64,000 nt of DNA from an uncultured Acidobacteriota bacterium (GTDB lineage Bacteria; Acidobacteriota; Vicinamibacteria; Vicinamibacterales; UBA2999): positions 11,520 through 75,519 of the forward strand of contig CAVQMT010000047.1 of the NCBI GenBank assembly GCA_963713655.1. Direction: 5' to 3'. The position numbers were made by a program, and so were the translations under genes. Below the pieces are notes generated by a model, which saw only the letters and a program-made list of their open reading frames with translations, made no database searches and was not told the DNA's origin. Of the stretch, positions 26,809 to 40,081 are shown piece by piece. Numbering within the stretch: the first letter of the stretch is position 1; each line of letters starts with the position of its first letter.

Positions 26809-27619
26809 ATGACGCATCGGTTGATGTTCGCGGCCGTGTGCCCTGGTGGCGCTCGCCGCGGGCCTGTCCGCGCAGCAGGCCGGCCCGCCGAAAGCCGGCG
26901 CGCCGCCGGCGCGCCCCGACTTGAGCGGCACCTGGTCGGTGACGCTGGGCTTGCCCACCGGCAGCGCGCTGAAGCGTCAGGAGGGCGGTGTGACGAAGAC
27001 CGCCAGCATCGATCGCGTCAAGGTGCAGGGGGCCATCGGCCAGGGCCGCGGCGCGCTGCCGTGGACGGCTGCTCCGTCCTACAAGGCCGAGTTCCAGGCC
27101 AAGGTCGCCGAGCTGGAGGCCAACCAGAGCAAGACCGACCCGGTGTTCTACTGCGCCCGGCCCGGCGTGCCACGCGTTGGCCCGCCGCGGAAGATCGTGC
27201 AGCTCGCGCGACGAGGTGATCTTCCTCTACGAGGACCTGTCGGGCGACACCTATCGCGTGATCCCGACCGACGGCCGCGCGCATCGCCCCGACGCCAACC
27301 CGTCCCACTACGGCGACTCGGTGGGGAAGTGGGAAGGCGGCGTGCTGGTGATCGACGTCCGCAACTTCGTGGAGGACACCTGGTTCGGCGAAAAGGGATA
27401 TTTCCACACCGACGCCATGCGCGTGACCGAGAGGCTGTGGCTCGACGGCGGCAACCTGGTGTGGCAGGCGACCGTCCACGACCCCAACGTGCTCACGGCG
27501 CCGTGGACGTTGGCGCCGCGGATGATTCGCGCTCCGCGCAGCCACTCGAGGAATCGCCACCCTGTCACGAACAGGACGGGGGCCGGCTGCTCAACACCGA
27601 CCACCACGTGCAGCGCTGA
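26809..27619 (+). CDS. Exported hypothetical protein, typical DUF6152 partner (frameshifted)
   Basis: PDLSGTW, C.PGVPR, YGDSVGKWEGGVLVIDV, HDPNVLTAPW. Confidence 0.75.
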
Positions 27620-27664
27620 GGCCGTGACCGCGCCCGTAGGCCGGTACCTGTCCTGGAGCCCTCT

Positions 27665-27997
27665 ATGTCAGCGACCACTACCACGATCCTGCCGACAAGA
27701 AGCTGATGCGCGAGATGCGCAAGCTGGCGCCCGCCGAGTTCGAGGCCTGGCTGAACCTGAACAACATCGTCGCCAAGGACGGCGCGATACCGAAGAAATA
27801 CCGCGAGCTGATCGCGATCGGCGTGGCGCTCACGACGCAGTGCCCGTTCTGCATCGAAGCGCACGCCAAGGCGGCCAAGGCGGCCGGCGCGACGCGCGAG
27901 GAGCTGGTCGAGGCGGCGTTCGTCGCCGCGGCGCTGCGCGGCGGGCGGCGCCGCCACGCACGGCACGATGGCGTTGAAGTTCTTCGACCAGGAGTGA
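27665..27997 (+). CDS. Carboxymuconolactone decarboxylase/AhpD family protein (frameshifted)
   Basis: KYRELIAIGVALTTQCPFCIEAH. Confidence 0.9.
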
Positions 27998-28377
27998 CCG
28001 CGCTTCTCGTCGCCCTCGGCGGCGGCGCTCGGCGCCCTGGCGCGATACTGGGCTCAGCGTGGCGATCCAAGGCAACGCTGCCAGCCGGGGCATTCCCGAT
28101 GGGCACGCTGGTCGTGAACGTCAGCGGGTGTTTCGCGATGGGCGTGCTGTCGGCGCTGGCCGATCGGCCGGCATCGCTGTCGCCAGGGATGCGCGGCGTT
28201 CCTGGCGGTGGGCGTCCTGGGCGGATTTACCACCTTTTCCGCTTTCGCCAATGAGACGGTGAGCGCCGCACGAGCGGGCGCGACCTCCGTCGGCATCTTG
28301 AACGTCGCGGCCAGCGTGGTGCTATGCCTCGCGGCGGTGTGGCTCGGACGCATCCTCGGGATGCGTACGAGGCGTAG
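27994..28377 (+). CDS. crcB: Fluoride efflux channel CrcB/Fluc (frameshifted; end approximate)
   Basis: ALGGG.LGA, FPMGTLVVNVSG, GVLGGFTTFSAF. Confidence 0.9.
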
Positions 28378-28474
28378 TGGCCGTGGCTGCCGTGCTGGGC
28401 GTCTGACGACCGGCAGCCATTAGCGGCGCCACCGCCGCTGCCATCGTGCCGGCGCTGAGATAGGCTGTCGGCCC

Positions 28475-29187
28475 ATGGTCCCGGAATCGGTTCGCATCGC
28501 CCCGCCGGTCTTCGACGCGCTCGGCGCCTATGGGATCGGCGGCCTGGCCGTCGTCGTGGCGGCGGCGTTCGTGCTCCTGTTCTCCCGTGCCCGCCCGGCC
28601 CGGCGTCTGGGGCTGGCGTCCGCAGCCGCCATCGTGATGGCGGGTAGCGCCGCGGCGGCTTCGAGCGGCGTGCTCGCGCGATTCGATCGGCTGCCGCCGC
28701 CGATGTTCGTGATGATCGTGTCGGTGTTCGTCATGGGGTTTGCGCTCGGCCTTTCGCGCATCGGGGCCGACGCCGCCGCGGAGGTGCCGCTCGCCACCCT
28801 GGTCGGCTTGCAGGCGTTCCGCCTTCCGCTCGAACTGGTGATGCATCGCGCCTTCACGCTCGGCATCATGCCGGTGGAGCTCTCGTATTCCGGCTACAAC
28901 TTCGACATCGTGACGGGGGCTGGGGCGGCGCTGTCTGCATGGCGATGCAGGCGGGATGGCGTGTCCCAGCGGCCTGATCTGGGCGTGGAACGTGTGGGGC
29001 TTCTGGTGCCTCGCCGTGATTACCGTGATCGCGGTGACCACCTCGCCGGTGGTGCGGCTCTTCGGCGACGAGCCCAGCGCACCTCAACACCTGGGTGCTG
29101 TTCTTTCCCTATGTGTGGCTGGCCGTGGTGCTGGTCACGGTGGCGCTCGCCGGCCACATCAGGTCACTCGGGCGCTGCGCCGTCGGA

Positions 29188-29202
<15 letters not shown>
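28475..29202 (+). CDS. Hypothetical integral membrane protein (end approximate)
   Basis: Multiple TM segments; [19 protein letters not shown]. Confidence 0.7.
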
Positions 29203-30691
<1,489 letters not shown>

Positions 30692-30743
30692 GCGGTCTCC
30701 TCCAGCGGCCTGCGCGGAGCGAGGCCGGGGCGATAATACGTCG

Positions 30744-31272
30744 ATGCCGCATTTCGATCGTGAAACGCTTCAGGACCTGGTGGCCCACGCCGAGTGGGCC
30801 GACTGCGAGATCTGGGACGCCGTGACGGCCACGCCACGCGCGCTGGATGACGTCGGCATTCGGGACTACCTGCACCACATCCACATGGTGCAGCGCCTGT
30901 TCGTCGCACTGTGGTCGCGGCAGCCGCCCGACGCGATCGTCGCCAGACAGCCGTCCGAGTTCTCCCTGAGCGACCTGCGCGCCTGGGGCCGTCCGTTCTA
31001 CAGCGATGCCAAGGCGTTCCTGCGGTCCGTCACGCCCGCCCGGCTGGCCGAGCCGCTGATCGTGCCGTGGGCGGCGACGCTCGAGGCCGAGAAGGGCCGG
31101 TACGCTGACGGCGCCCACGGTGGGGGAAACCGTGTTCCAGGTGGTGAACCACACGACGCACCACCGCGCCCAGGTCAGCGTGCGGCTGCGCGGTCTGGGC
31201 GGGGAGCCGCCGCTCGTGGACTACATCGCCTGGGTGTGGTTCGGGCGGCCGGAACCGGGCACGGAACTGTAA
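30744..31272 (+). CDS. DinB family protein (frameshifted)
   Basis: [29 protein letters not shown]. Confidence 0.85.
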
Positions 31273-31302
31273 TCGCGCTGACAGATTGTCTCGATCGCTT
31301 GC

Positions 31303-32423
31303 ATGCGGTGCGCCTGAATCCCCGCTGGCGCGGCGTGGCCCAGCATGCCGATTGCACCCTCGATCGCCTCGGCATGCCACCTGTCGGCGCTGCGGCGCAC
31401 TCCACACCCTGGCCGGTGGCCGCGGTCGGCCAGCGTCATCTACAGCACGACGTTCGATTTGACGCTGCTGCGGGCCTGCGCTCGCGGGCCTGGCTGGCGG
31501 GGGCGCGTGGTCGGCGACCCGCGCCTCTTCGCGCCGCTGCTCTTCGCGGACCTGTGGCTCCTGGGCTATCACCACGTCGTGGCGACTTACGCGGATGGCG
31601 TTCGACACGCGCAGCCTGTCGCGCCACCGATTCCTGGCCGTGGATCTGCTGCTGGTGATGACGCGGTGACCTCGCGTGGCCTTCACCGCGGGCGCGTGGG
31701 TGATCGCGTCGGCGTTCCTGTACCTGCAGTGGTTCCACTACATGCGCCAGGGCTACGGCATCGCCCGCATGTACTTCCGTACACGGCCGCAGGACAGGTG
31801 GGCGGGTCGCGTGACGCGGTCACGGACGCGGTGATCTACCTGGTGCCGATCTACGGGATCGCGCCAGCGGTCGGCGACCATCGGCGAGACGTTCCTGGAC
31901 CTGCCGGTCAAGGCCATCGTGTTACCGCCGGAGGTCGTGTCGGCGCTCGGCGCCTGGCGGCAATGGCGGTGGGCGCGTGGGTGCTGCAGACGGCGCGGCA
32001 GATCGGCGGGCACGTTCGTCCCCCGCCTACACCGGGTTCGTGGCCTCGCACATCGCGATCTTCATGGCCGCCTATGTGGTGATCGACAACGTCAACGCGG
32101 GTGGCTGGCGATCAACATCTGGCACAACTTCCAGTACGTGCTGGTGGTGTGGATGACCAACGTCAAGCGGTTTGCCGGCGGCATCGATCCGAGGCGCCGT
32201 TCCTGTCGCGGATCAGCCAGCCGCGCCGCATCGGTTCCTACTTCGGCTGCTGCCTCGCCATCTCGACTCTCATCTACCTCGGTCTGGATCGCAAGGCGGC
32301 GCGTCTCCCTGGTCGGCCGGGCTCGGCGCGACGCTCGGCATCTACATGGGCATCAACTTCCACCACTACGTCGTGGACGCGGTGATCTGGCGGCGTAAGC
32401 GTGCCGTGGCACCCGCGGCGTGA
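31303..32423 (+). CDS. Polytopic membrane protein with conserved His clusters (frameshifted; start uncertain)
   Basis: GYHHVVATY, QWFHYMRQGYG, WHNFQY, NFHHYVVDAVIWR. Confidence 0.72.
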
Positions 32424-32438
32424 CAGCCGGCTGCCTGC

Positions 32439-33637
32439 GTGACGCGACGCACGCGTCCGTCGGTGGCGTTCGCTGGCCCGAACTGGACGGCCTGCGCGCG
32501 CTGGCCATCGCGCTGGTGGTGGCACGCCACAGCCTGCGTCCGTTCATCTCGGAGGACGCCTACGCGCCGGTGGCGGCCTGGGGCCCGTCGACCTGACGCC
32601 GCTCCTGATGAATGGCTGGGTGGGCGTGGACCTGTTCTTCGTCCTGAGCGGCTTCCTGATCGGGCGCCAGGCGTTCCGGGGCGACGGGTGGGGCGGTTCT
32701 GGTTCAAGCGCGTCACGCGCATCGTGCCGGCGTACTGGACGTGCCTGGCGCTGGTGGCGCTGGGCTGACCGGGGCGCGGCGCGTGGGGACAGGCCGGCTG
32801 GATTTCGCGGCGCACCTCGTGATGCTGCAGGACTACACCGGCAGCGTGTTCGTGCCGGCGTTCTGGTCGCTCGGCGCCGAGGAGAAGTTCTATCTGCTGG
32901 CGCCGTTCCTCGCGTTCGGGCTCGTGCGGGTGCGGCCGCCGTGGCTGCAGGGCGGGGCGATCCTGGCGCTGTGGCTCCTGCCGGTCGTGACGCGCGCGAT
33001 GGCGGCGCGCGACGTGGTGTCGCCGCTGTCGTATACCTGGCGTACTTCCCGGCGTTCCGCAGCCCGTTCCACCTGACGTGCGAGTCGCTGGTGCTCGGCT
33101 TCGGCATCGCCTGGGCCACGGTGCAGCCTGCGCCCCGAGGTGCTGCGGCCGGTGGGCGCGCGAGGCCGCGTTCTGGGCGGGTGCGCTCGCGCTGCTGGCG
33201 GCGCTCGTGCCGGCGGCGCTTCTCGGCCACATCGGCTGGCTGACGATCGTGGCCATGCCGGCGGCCGTCGGGCTGGCATTCGGCGCCATGGTCCTGGCGT
33301 GCGTGAGCGGCCCGGGCAGCTACAGCCGCTGCCTCGGCTGGCGGGGTGGAGGCCCTGGCCTGGGATCCTTCTCGCTGTATCTCACGCACATGATGGTGAT
33401 CCCGCTGGCCATGGCACGGGGGTCTGCGTGCTCGGCGGTCCCGGCGCCCGTCCATGACCGATCCAGTGGCTGGCGTTCCTGCCGTGCGTATCTGCGTTGT
33501 CGGCGCTGTCGGCGTGGGCGCTTTACTCCGTGGTGGAGCGCCCGGTCCTGGTCTGGCGCGACAGCGTGTTGCATCGCAGGCGGGACCGCCAGCGTGCCCA
33601 AGGCCAGCCGGCGGCGCCGCCGGCGTCCGCCTCCTAG
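32439..33637 (+). CDS. Acyltransferase-3 (OafA-like) membrane O-acyltransferase (frameshifted)
   Basis: ELDGLRALAI, GWVGVDLFFVLSGFLI, RVTRIVPAY, FWSLGAEEKFY, SFSLYLTH. Confidence 0.9.
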
Positions 33638-33720
33638 CGCGAGGTCTCAGTCTCGAGGTCCGCGGCCCCCGCCCGCATCGGGCGGAGCTCTTGTAGCTCC
33701 GCCGGCTCTCCGGGTCGACT

Positions 33721-33726
33721 TATAAT
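33721..33726 (+). promoter_or_regulatory. -10 element upstream of iorA-like gene
   Basis: TATAAT in GC-rich context, followed by GAGGA SD. Confidence 0.55.
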
Positions 33727-33747
33727 TCGCGTCGAGGACACACATCG

Positions 33748-34211
33748 ATGGTCAGTTTGAAAGTCAACGGAACGGCGCGGTCGTTCGACGGCGACGACGA
33801 CATGCCGCTGCTGTGGTACCTGCGCGACGAACTGCGGCTCACCGGCACGCGCTTCGGCTGCGGCGCCGGGCTGTGCGGCGCGTGCACCGTGCACGTGGAC
33901 GGCCGCGCGGTGCGCGCGTGCCAGACGCCGATGCGCACGGCGCAGAACAAGAGCGTCACGACCATCGAGGGCCTGAGCGCCGACGGCGCGCACCCGGTGC
34001 AGCGGGCCTGGGCGGAGCACAACGTGCCGCAGTGCGGCTACTGCCAGAGCGGCCAGATCATGCAGGCGGCCGAGCTGCTGACCCGCACGCCGAACCCGAC
34101 CGACGCGGACATCGACCGCGCCATGGCCGGCAACATCTGCCGCTGCGGCACCTACCAGCGCATCCGCGCCGCCATCAAGACCGCGGCGAACGTGCGGAGG
34201 CGCGGGCATGA
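33748..34211 (+). CDS. (2Fe-2S)-binding subunit, IorA/CoxS type
   Basis: [30 protein letters not shown]. Confidence 0.95.
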
Positions 34212-36479
34212 GCCTCATCGAAAACGTCAGCCGCCGCCAGTTCCTCGGCACGGCGCTGTCTCCACCGGCGCCTTCGTGCTGGCCGCGCAGGTGCTGCCGA
34301 AGTCCGCCTTCGCGCAGGACCCGGCCGTGCGCACGCGCGCGCAGGGCGCGGCGCTCAACCCGAGCGTCTATCTCGGCATCGAGACCGACGGCACGATCTA
34401 CATCATCACGCACCGGTCCGAGATGGGCACCGGCATCCGCACCACGCTGCCGCTCGTCGCCGCCGACGAGCTCGACGCCGACTGGAGCTGCGTCCGCATC
34501 GAGCAGGGGCTCGGCGACCCGAAGTACGGCGACCAGAACACCGACGGCTCGCGCTCGATCCGCGACTTCTACGACGCGTTCCGCCGCGCCGGCGCGCGGC
34601 GCGCGTCGATGCTGGTGAGCGCCGCCGCCGCGCGGTGGGAGGTGCCGGCGTCGGAGATCACGGTCCAGAACCACGCATCCTGATCCACCGGCCGAGCGAC
34701 CGCCGCCTGGCGTTTGCCGCCGTGGTGCCGGACGCCGCCAAGCTGCCGGTGCCGAAGGACGCGGACCTGCGCTTCAAGCCGAAGAGCGAGTGGAAGTTCG
34801 TCGGCCAGGAGCGCGGCGATCTACGACCTGCGCGACATCACCACCGGCAAGGCGCCGTTCGGCCTCGACACCTTCCGCGAGGGCATGGTGTGCGCGTCGA
34901 TCGAGCACCCGCCGGTCGTGCGGCGGCTCGGTGAAGAGCGTGGACGACGCCGGGCGCGCTGGCGGTGAAGGGCGTGCGCAGACGTGTCAGGCTGGACCCG
35001 CCGAAGGCGCCGCTGATGTTCCAGCCGCTCGGCGGCGTGGCGGTGATTGCCGACAACACCTGGGCGGCGTTCAAGGGCCGGCGCGGCGCTCAAGATCGAG
35101 TGGAACGACGGCGCCGAACGCGTCGTTCGAGTCGGGCGCGTTCAAGAAGCAGCTGATGCGACGGTGGGGCAGCCGCAGAAGGTGGTGCGCAACCTCGGCA
35201 ACGTGGACGCCGAGTTCGCCAAGGGCGGCAAGGTGATCGAGGCGACCTACTCGACGCCGATGCTGGCGCACGCGGCGATGGAGCCGCCGGCGGCGGTGGC
35301 CGAGTTCAAGGACGGCAAGGTCGAGGTGTGGACCTCGACGCAGAACCCGCAGGCGGCGCAGGAAACCGTGGCCGCCGCGCTCGGCATCGACAAGAAGAAC
35401 GTCACCTGCCACGTGACGCTGCTCGGCGGCGGCTTCGGGCGCAAGAGCAAGCCCGACTTCGCGGCCGAGGCGGCGCTGCTGTCGAAGCGGTCGGCAAGCC
35501 CGTGAAGGTCGTCTGGAACCGCGAGGACGACCTCAAGTTCGACTTCTACCACGCGGCCGCGGCCGTGCATCACAAGGCGGTGGTGGGCGCCAACGGCAAG
35601 CCGACCGCGTGGCTGCACCGCACGGCGTTCCAGCCGATCGCCTCGACGTTCGCGGGTGACGTGGACTACCCGCTGCCGTTCGAGCTCGATCTCGGCTTCA
35701 CCGACGTGCCGTACGACGTGGCCAACATCCGCGCCGAGAACGGCCCGGCCAAGGCCAACGTGCGCATCGGCTGGTTCCGCGCCGTCACCAACAACTTCCA
35801 CGTCTTCGCGCTCGGGCAGCTTCGTCGACGAGATGGCGCACGCGGCCGGCCGCGACCCGCTCGAGTTCCTGCTCGACATGCTCGGGCCGGGCAAGGTGCT
35901 GGACCTCAAGGCGCAGGGCGTGGAGTACTCGAACTACGGCGCGCCGATCGACAAGTACCCGATCGACACGCGGCGGCTGCGCCGGGTGCTCGAGGTGGCG
36001 GGCGAGAAGAGCGGCTGGGCGAAGCTGAAGGGGCAACGGCAGGGGCAAGGGCATTGCCGCGCACCGCAGCTTCAACACCTACGTGGCCTCGGTCGTGCAC
36101 GTCGAGATGGACGGGCGCGGCGGCTTCCGCGTGCCGCGCATCGACCAGGTGGTGGACTGCGGCGTGGTCGTGAACCCGGATCGCGTGCGCTCGCAGATGG
36201 AAGGCGCGGCGGTGATGGGCGTCGGCCTGGCGCGCACCGGCGAGATCACGGCGGCCAACGGCCGGATCCAGCAGAGCAACTTCGACCAGTTCCAGGTGGC
36301 GCGCATGACCGACGCGCCGTACCAGGTGAACGTGCACTTCGTCGAGAGCGACGCGCTGCCGACCGGCGTCGGCGAGCCGGGCCTGCCGCCGGTGATTGCG
36401 GCGCTCGGCAACGCGCATCTACGCCGCCACCGGCAAGCGCGCGCGCGAGCTGCCGCTGTCGAAGATGAAGTTGGTCTAG
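34208..36479 (+). CDS. Xanthine dehydrogenase family molybdopterin subunit, IorB type, Tat-exported (multiple frameshifts)
   Basis: SRRQFL Tat motif, [30 protein letters not shown]. Confidence 0.93.
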
Positions 36480-36592
36480 ACGAGGCCACGAAGGCTCGAA
36501 CGACACCGACGGCTAACTGAATTCGTGCAGGTGGGGCCCGGCGCACCGCCTGACGCCTAACGCTCGGGCTGGCCTGTCCGATAAGCCCATGC

Positions 36593-37321
36593 GTGCCGAT
36601 CCCGGAAGGCAAGCCCGGGGCCTGCTCGAAGGCCTCCGGCGTCGCAGCTTTTCTCGCGTTGGCGGTGATCGTCGCCGTGTCGCTGCCACCGGTTCCGACC
36701 GCCGCCGTTCAGAACGGCGCCACGACCGGATCGATATCGGCGGTTGTGCGGCTGTCGGCACCCGCCCGGCGGCTGAACACCACCGGCGCCTATCCCAGCC
36801 GCCGCGTTGCCGTGGCGCCGCAGCGCGCGGCCTCCGAGTTGGAGAACGTCGTCGTGTTCGTCCGGCGGCCGCACGCCGAGCCGCCGGCCCCCAGCCACGT
36901 CGAAATCCGGCAGCTGAACGAGGAATTCGTGCCGCACCTGGTGGCGGTGACCACCGGGTCCACGGTGGATTTCCCGAACGACGATCTGGTGTTCCACAAC
37001 GTGTTCTCGTTGTCGAGCGCCGCCACCTTCGACCTGGGCCGCTATCCGCAGCGCAAGTCGAAGGCGCGCACGTTCCCCAAGACCGGCATCGTCAAGGTGT
37101 TCTGCCACCTCCACTCCCACATGAGCGCCATCGTGCGCGTGTTCGATCATCCCTACTTCGCGCGGGTGGGGGAGGACGGACGGTTCACGATCGACGGGCT
37201 GGAGCCCGGCCGGCACGAGGTGGTGGCGTGGCACGAGCGCGTCGGCGAGGCGAAGGCCAGCGTGGTGGTCGCCGCCGGCGAAGCCACCGAAGCCGCGTTC
37301 ACCCTGCCGCTGGCGGACTGA
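36593..37321 (+). CDS. Exported cupredoxin-like protein ('methylamine utilization'-type) with carboxypeptidase-regulatory-like domain
   Basis: FVPH..FPNDD.VFHNVFS..FCHLHSHM; possible type-1 Cu ligands H/C/H/M. Confidence 0.8.
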   Translation: MPIPEGKPGACSKASGVAAFLALAVIVAVSLPPVPTAAVQNGATTGSISAVVRLSAPARRLNTTGAYPSRRVAVAPQRAASELENVVVFVRRPHAEPPAPSHVEIRQLNEEFVPHLVAVTTGSTVDFPNDDLVFHNVFSLSSAATFDLGRYPQRKSKARTFPKTGIVKVFCHLHSHMSAIVRVFDHPYFARVGEDGRFTIDGLEPGRHEVVAWHERVGEAKASVVVAAGEATEAAFTLPLAD

Positions 37322-37323
37322 CC

Positions 37324-39069
37324 ATGCCGATGTCCCGATTGTCCTCCGGTCATGCGCCGCGCCTGGCGGTGTGGATTACCGGCGTCAGCTTCACTGTGAT
37401 CGGCGGCGTGCTGGGGCTGACCTTCCTGGTGCTGTCGTGGCAGACGCAGTCGCGGCTGCGCCGCGCCGCCGCCGACGACCTGGAGGGCAGCCAGCAGCGG
37501 TTCGCCGACATCGAGGCGCGCCGGACCCGCGAGCGCCGCCTGCAGGCGGTGGCGCTGGCCGAGAACCCGACGCTGAAGGCCGCCGTGGACACCTACGTCT
37601 CCGAAATGGGGCAGGGCACAGCCTCGGCCGACCTGCTGCCGACGATCCGGCACGAGGTGGTGAAGCTGGCCGACCTGATGGGCGTGCCGGCGCTGGCGCT
37701 GGTGGAGAAGTCGGCACGGTGCTGGCGAGCGCCGGGCGCCGCGCCAACGACTGGCCTGCGGGCGCCCGGGTGTCGTGGGCCGAGCCGGCCGAAGGCGACG
37801 AGGTGGTGATCAGCCGCGGGCCCTCGCTGTTCCTGGCCACCACGGTGCCGCTGCAGCTGGGTCCCGACCTTCTGGGCACGGTGGTGCTCGCGACGCCGCT
37901 CGACGACGCCTATGCCAATTCGCTGGCGCCGGTGCGCGCGCCGACGTGGTGATCTTCCACCAGGGCAAGGTGGTGGCGAGTTCGACCACCGGCGCCCTGG
38001 GTGCGGAGATCGCGTCGGTGGCGCTCCCGGCGGCGGGCCCGGTGATGGTGAACGGCCAGGAACTGGTGGTGCGGCGGCTGGCGCAGCTCGGATCGACCGC
38101 GCGTCTACGCCGTGAGCTCGGTGGCGTCGGCGGCGACCGCCACGACCTCAGAAGTGACGCGGGTGATGTTCTTCGTCGGAGCGCTGGCGCTGCTGCTCGC
38201 CGGCGCCGCGAGTCTGTGGCTGGCGCGGACGCTGGCCCGGCCGATCGACGCGCTGACCGAGTCCTTGGCGCGGATGGCGGAAACCAAGGATCTGGACGGT
38301 CCCCTGCCGCGCAGCGGCATCAGCCGCGAGATGGACGCGCTGGCAGATTCCTTCGACACGCTGCGCTCGGCGGTGTCGCAGGCCGAGGCCGAATCCGACG
38401 CCGCCTACCTCGGCGTGATCGGCGCCCTGGCCGCGGCGCTCGACGCACGCGACCCCTACACGGCGGGCCACTCGCAGCGCGTGGCCGCTCTGTCGGTGCT
38501 GCTGGCGAAGGAGATGAGCCTGCCGGAACAGGACCGCGAGACGCTGCGCCTGGGCGCGCTGCTGCACGACATCGGGAAGATCGGCATCAACGACAACGTG
38601 CTGCGCAAGCCCGGCAAGCTGACCGCCGAGGAGTTCGACCACATCAAGCTGCACCCCGTGCTCGGCGCGCGGATCCTGCAGCCGCTGACGTTCCTGGCGC
38701 CGCACCTGCCGGTGGTGGAGCTGCACCACGAGCGCCCCGACGGCCGCGGCTACCCGCACGGCCTGCGCGGCGACGACATCCCGCTGTTCGCGCGGATCGT
38801 CCACGTGGCGGACGCGTTCGACGCCATGACCAGCGCCCGTGCATATCGTCCCGCCCGCCCTGCGGCCGAGGCGATGGCCGAGCTGTGGCGAAACGTCGGC
38901 ACCGACTTCGACCCGCGCGTGGTGCAGGCGATGGCTGCGGTGTGGGATACGAAGCTGGTGCAGCACGCCGGCGACTGCGGCGGCCGTGGCCGCGCCGTTC
39001 CGCGACCCGGTCAGCACCACCTTGCCGTTCCGGCTGCGCGCGACCCGCGCCCCGCAGCCGGTCGGCTGA
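37324..39069 (+). CDS. Membrane sensor with HAMP and HD-GYP phosphodiesterase domain (frameshifted)
   Basis: Two TM segments; ARDPYTAGHS, LLHDIGK, HHERPDGRGYP, ADAFDAMTS. Confidence 0.92.
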
Positions 39070-39309
39070 TCCGGAGCGTCGGATCAGGCGCTGATCCGGA
39101 ACGCGCGATCAGGGCGATCGAAACGACGGCGGGATCGCCGTCTTCGACCGCCCGGCATACCTGCCCGGCCGCCACTTCCATCTGCGCCATCGTGGCCGCG
39201 TTGTGCGTGCCGGCGACCGTCGGCACGCAGCCGGCAATCAGTTGCTGGGCGCGCAACGCCGACAGTACCGCGAACTCGTAGGCTTGATGTGGGTCGGGCG
39301 GCTCACCAT
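39011..39309 (-). CDS. RNA polymerase omega subunit-like small protein (one indel near start; end uncertain, may be ~39109)
   Basis: MVSRPTHI..YEFAVLSALRAQQLIAGCVPTV....AATMAQMEVAAGQV resembles the RpoZ pattern 'RY.LV..A..RARQL..G..P......K....A..EI..G.I'. Confidence 0.68.
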
Positions 39310-39444
39310 GACAGTCCTTTGCTGGCCTCGAGAGGCCCAACGGCCGGAAGGCTTTGATGAGGGCTGACCGCGGAACGAACGTGCGGACAAACCAGAACTC
39401 AGGAAAGCGAGAGGCTTTCAGCATGCGCCGCATTCCGGGGCATT

Positions 39445-39461
39445 AGCAAGCCAATTCCCGG
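39445..39461 (-). promoter_or_regulatory. Possible sigma54 -24/-12 promoter for the omega-like gene
   Basis: Minus strand ccGGgaattggcTTGCt has GG-N10-GC spacing and TTGCT, but lacks the consensus CAC. Confidence 0.35.
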
Positions 39462-39471
39462 CCGTGCCAGA

Positions 39472-40081
39472 ATGGCATCGCTCCCGCGTGTCATGGCTGC
39501 CCTCGCGCTCCTTGTCCTGATCCTGGCGAACCAGGCCCCGGTCGTACCGGCGCCCGACGGCTTCGAACAGGTCTTCGCCCAGGGAACCACTTTCGCGGAC
39601 TTTGCTGCGGCTGCCGTGTCACATCGTTCGATGTGGACCAGGGCCGCGCGCCCAGAGGACGTCCCGGCGGCTCTCTCGTCCCGGTTGCGACGCGCGGGAG
39701 CGGGGTTGCGGGTCATCGTTGTTGCCGAAGACTGGTGCGTCGATTCGGCCAACACCGTTCCGCTCGTGGCGCGTCTGGCCGAAGCCTCTGGCGTCGAGGT
39801 GCGAATCGTCGATCGCCGACGAGGCCGGCCCTTGCTCGAGCGTTTCCGGACCAGTGATGGGCGCTCTGCAACGCCTCTGATCGTCCTGATTCGCGGCGGC
39901 CGCGACGACGAGGGCGTGGGTCGAACGTCCCAAGCCACTGCAGGACCTGTTCGCCGCGCTGCTGACGGATCCCGCCGCGCGGCAGGCTCTCAGCGATCGG
40001 CAGCGCTGGTACGACGAAGACGGCGGGCAGACGGCGCTCGAGGAGATCGTGACGTTGGCGGAGCAGGGGAATGCCCGGTAA
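39472..40081 (+). CDS. Exported thioredoxin-fold protein (Thioredoxin_9-like; frameshifted)
   Basis: VVAEDWCVDS, RSATP, W.ERP motifs. Confidence 0.82.
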
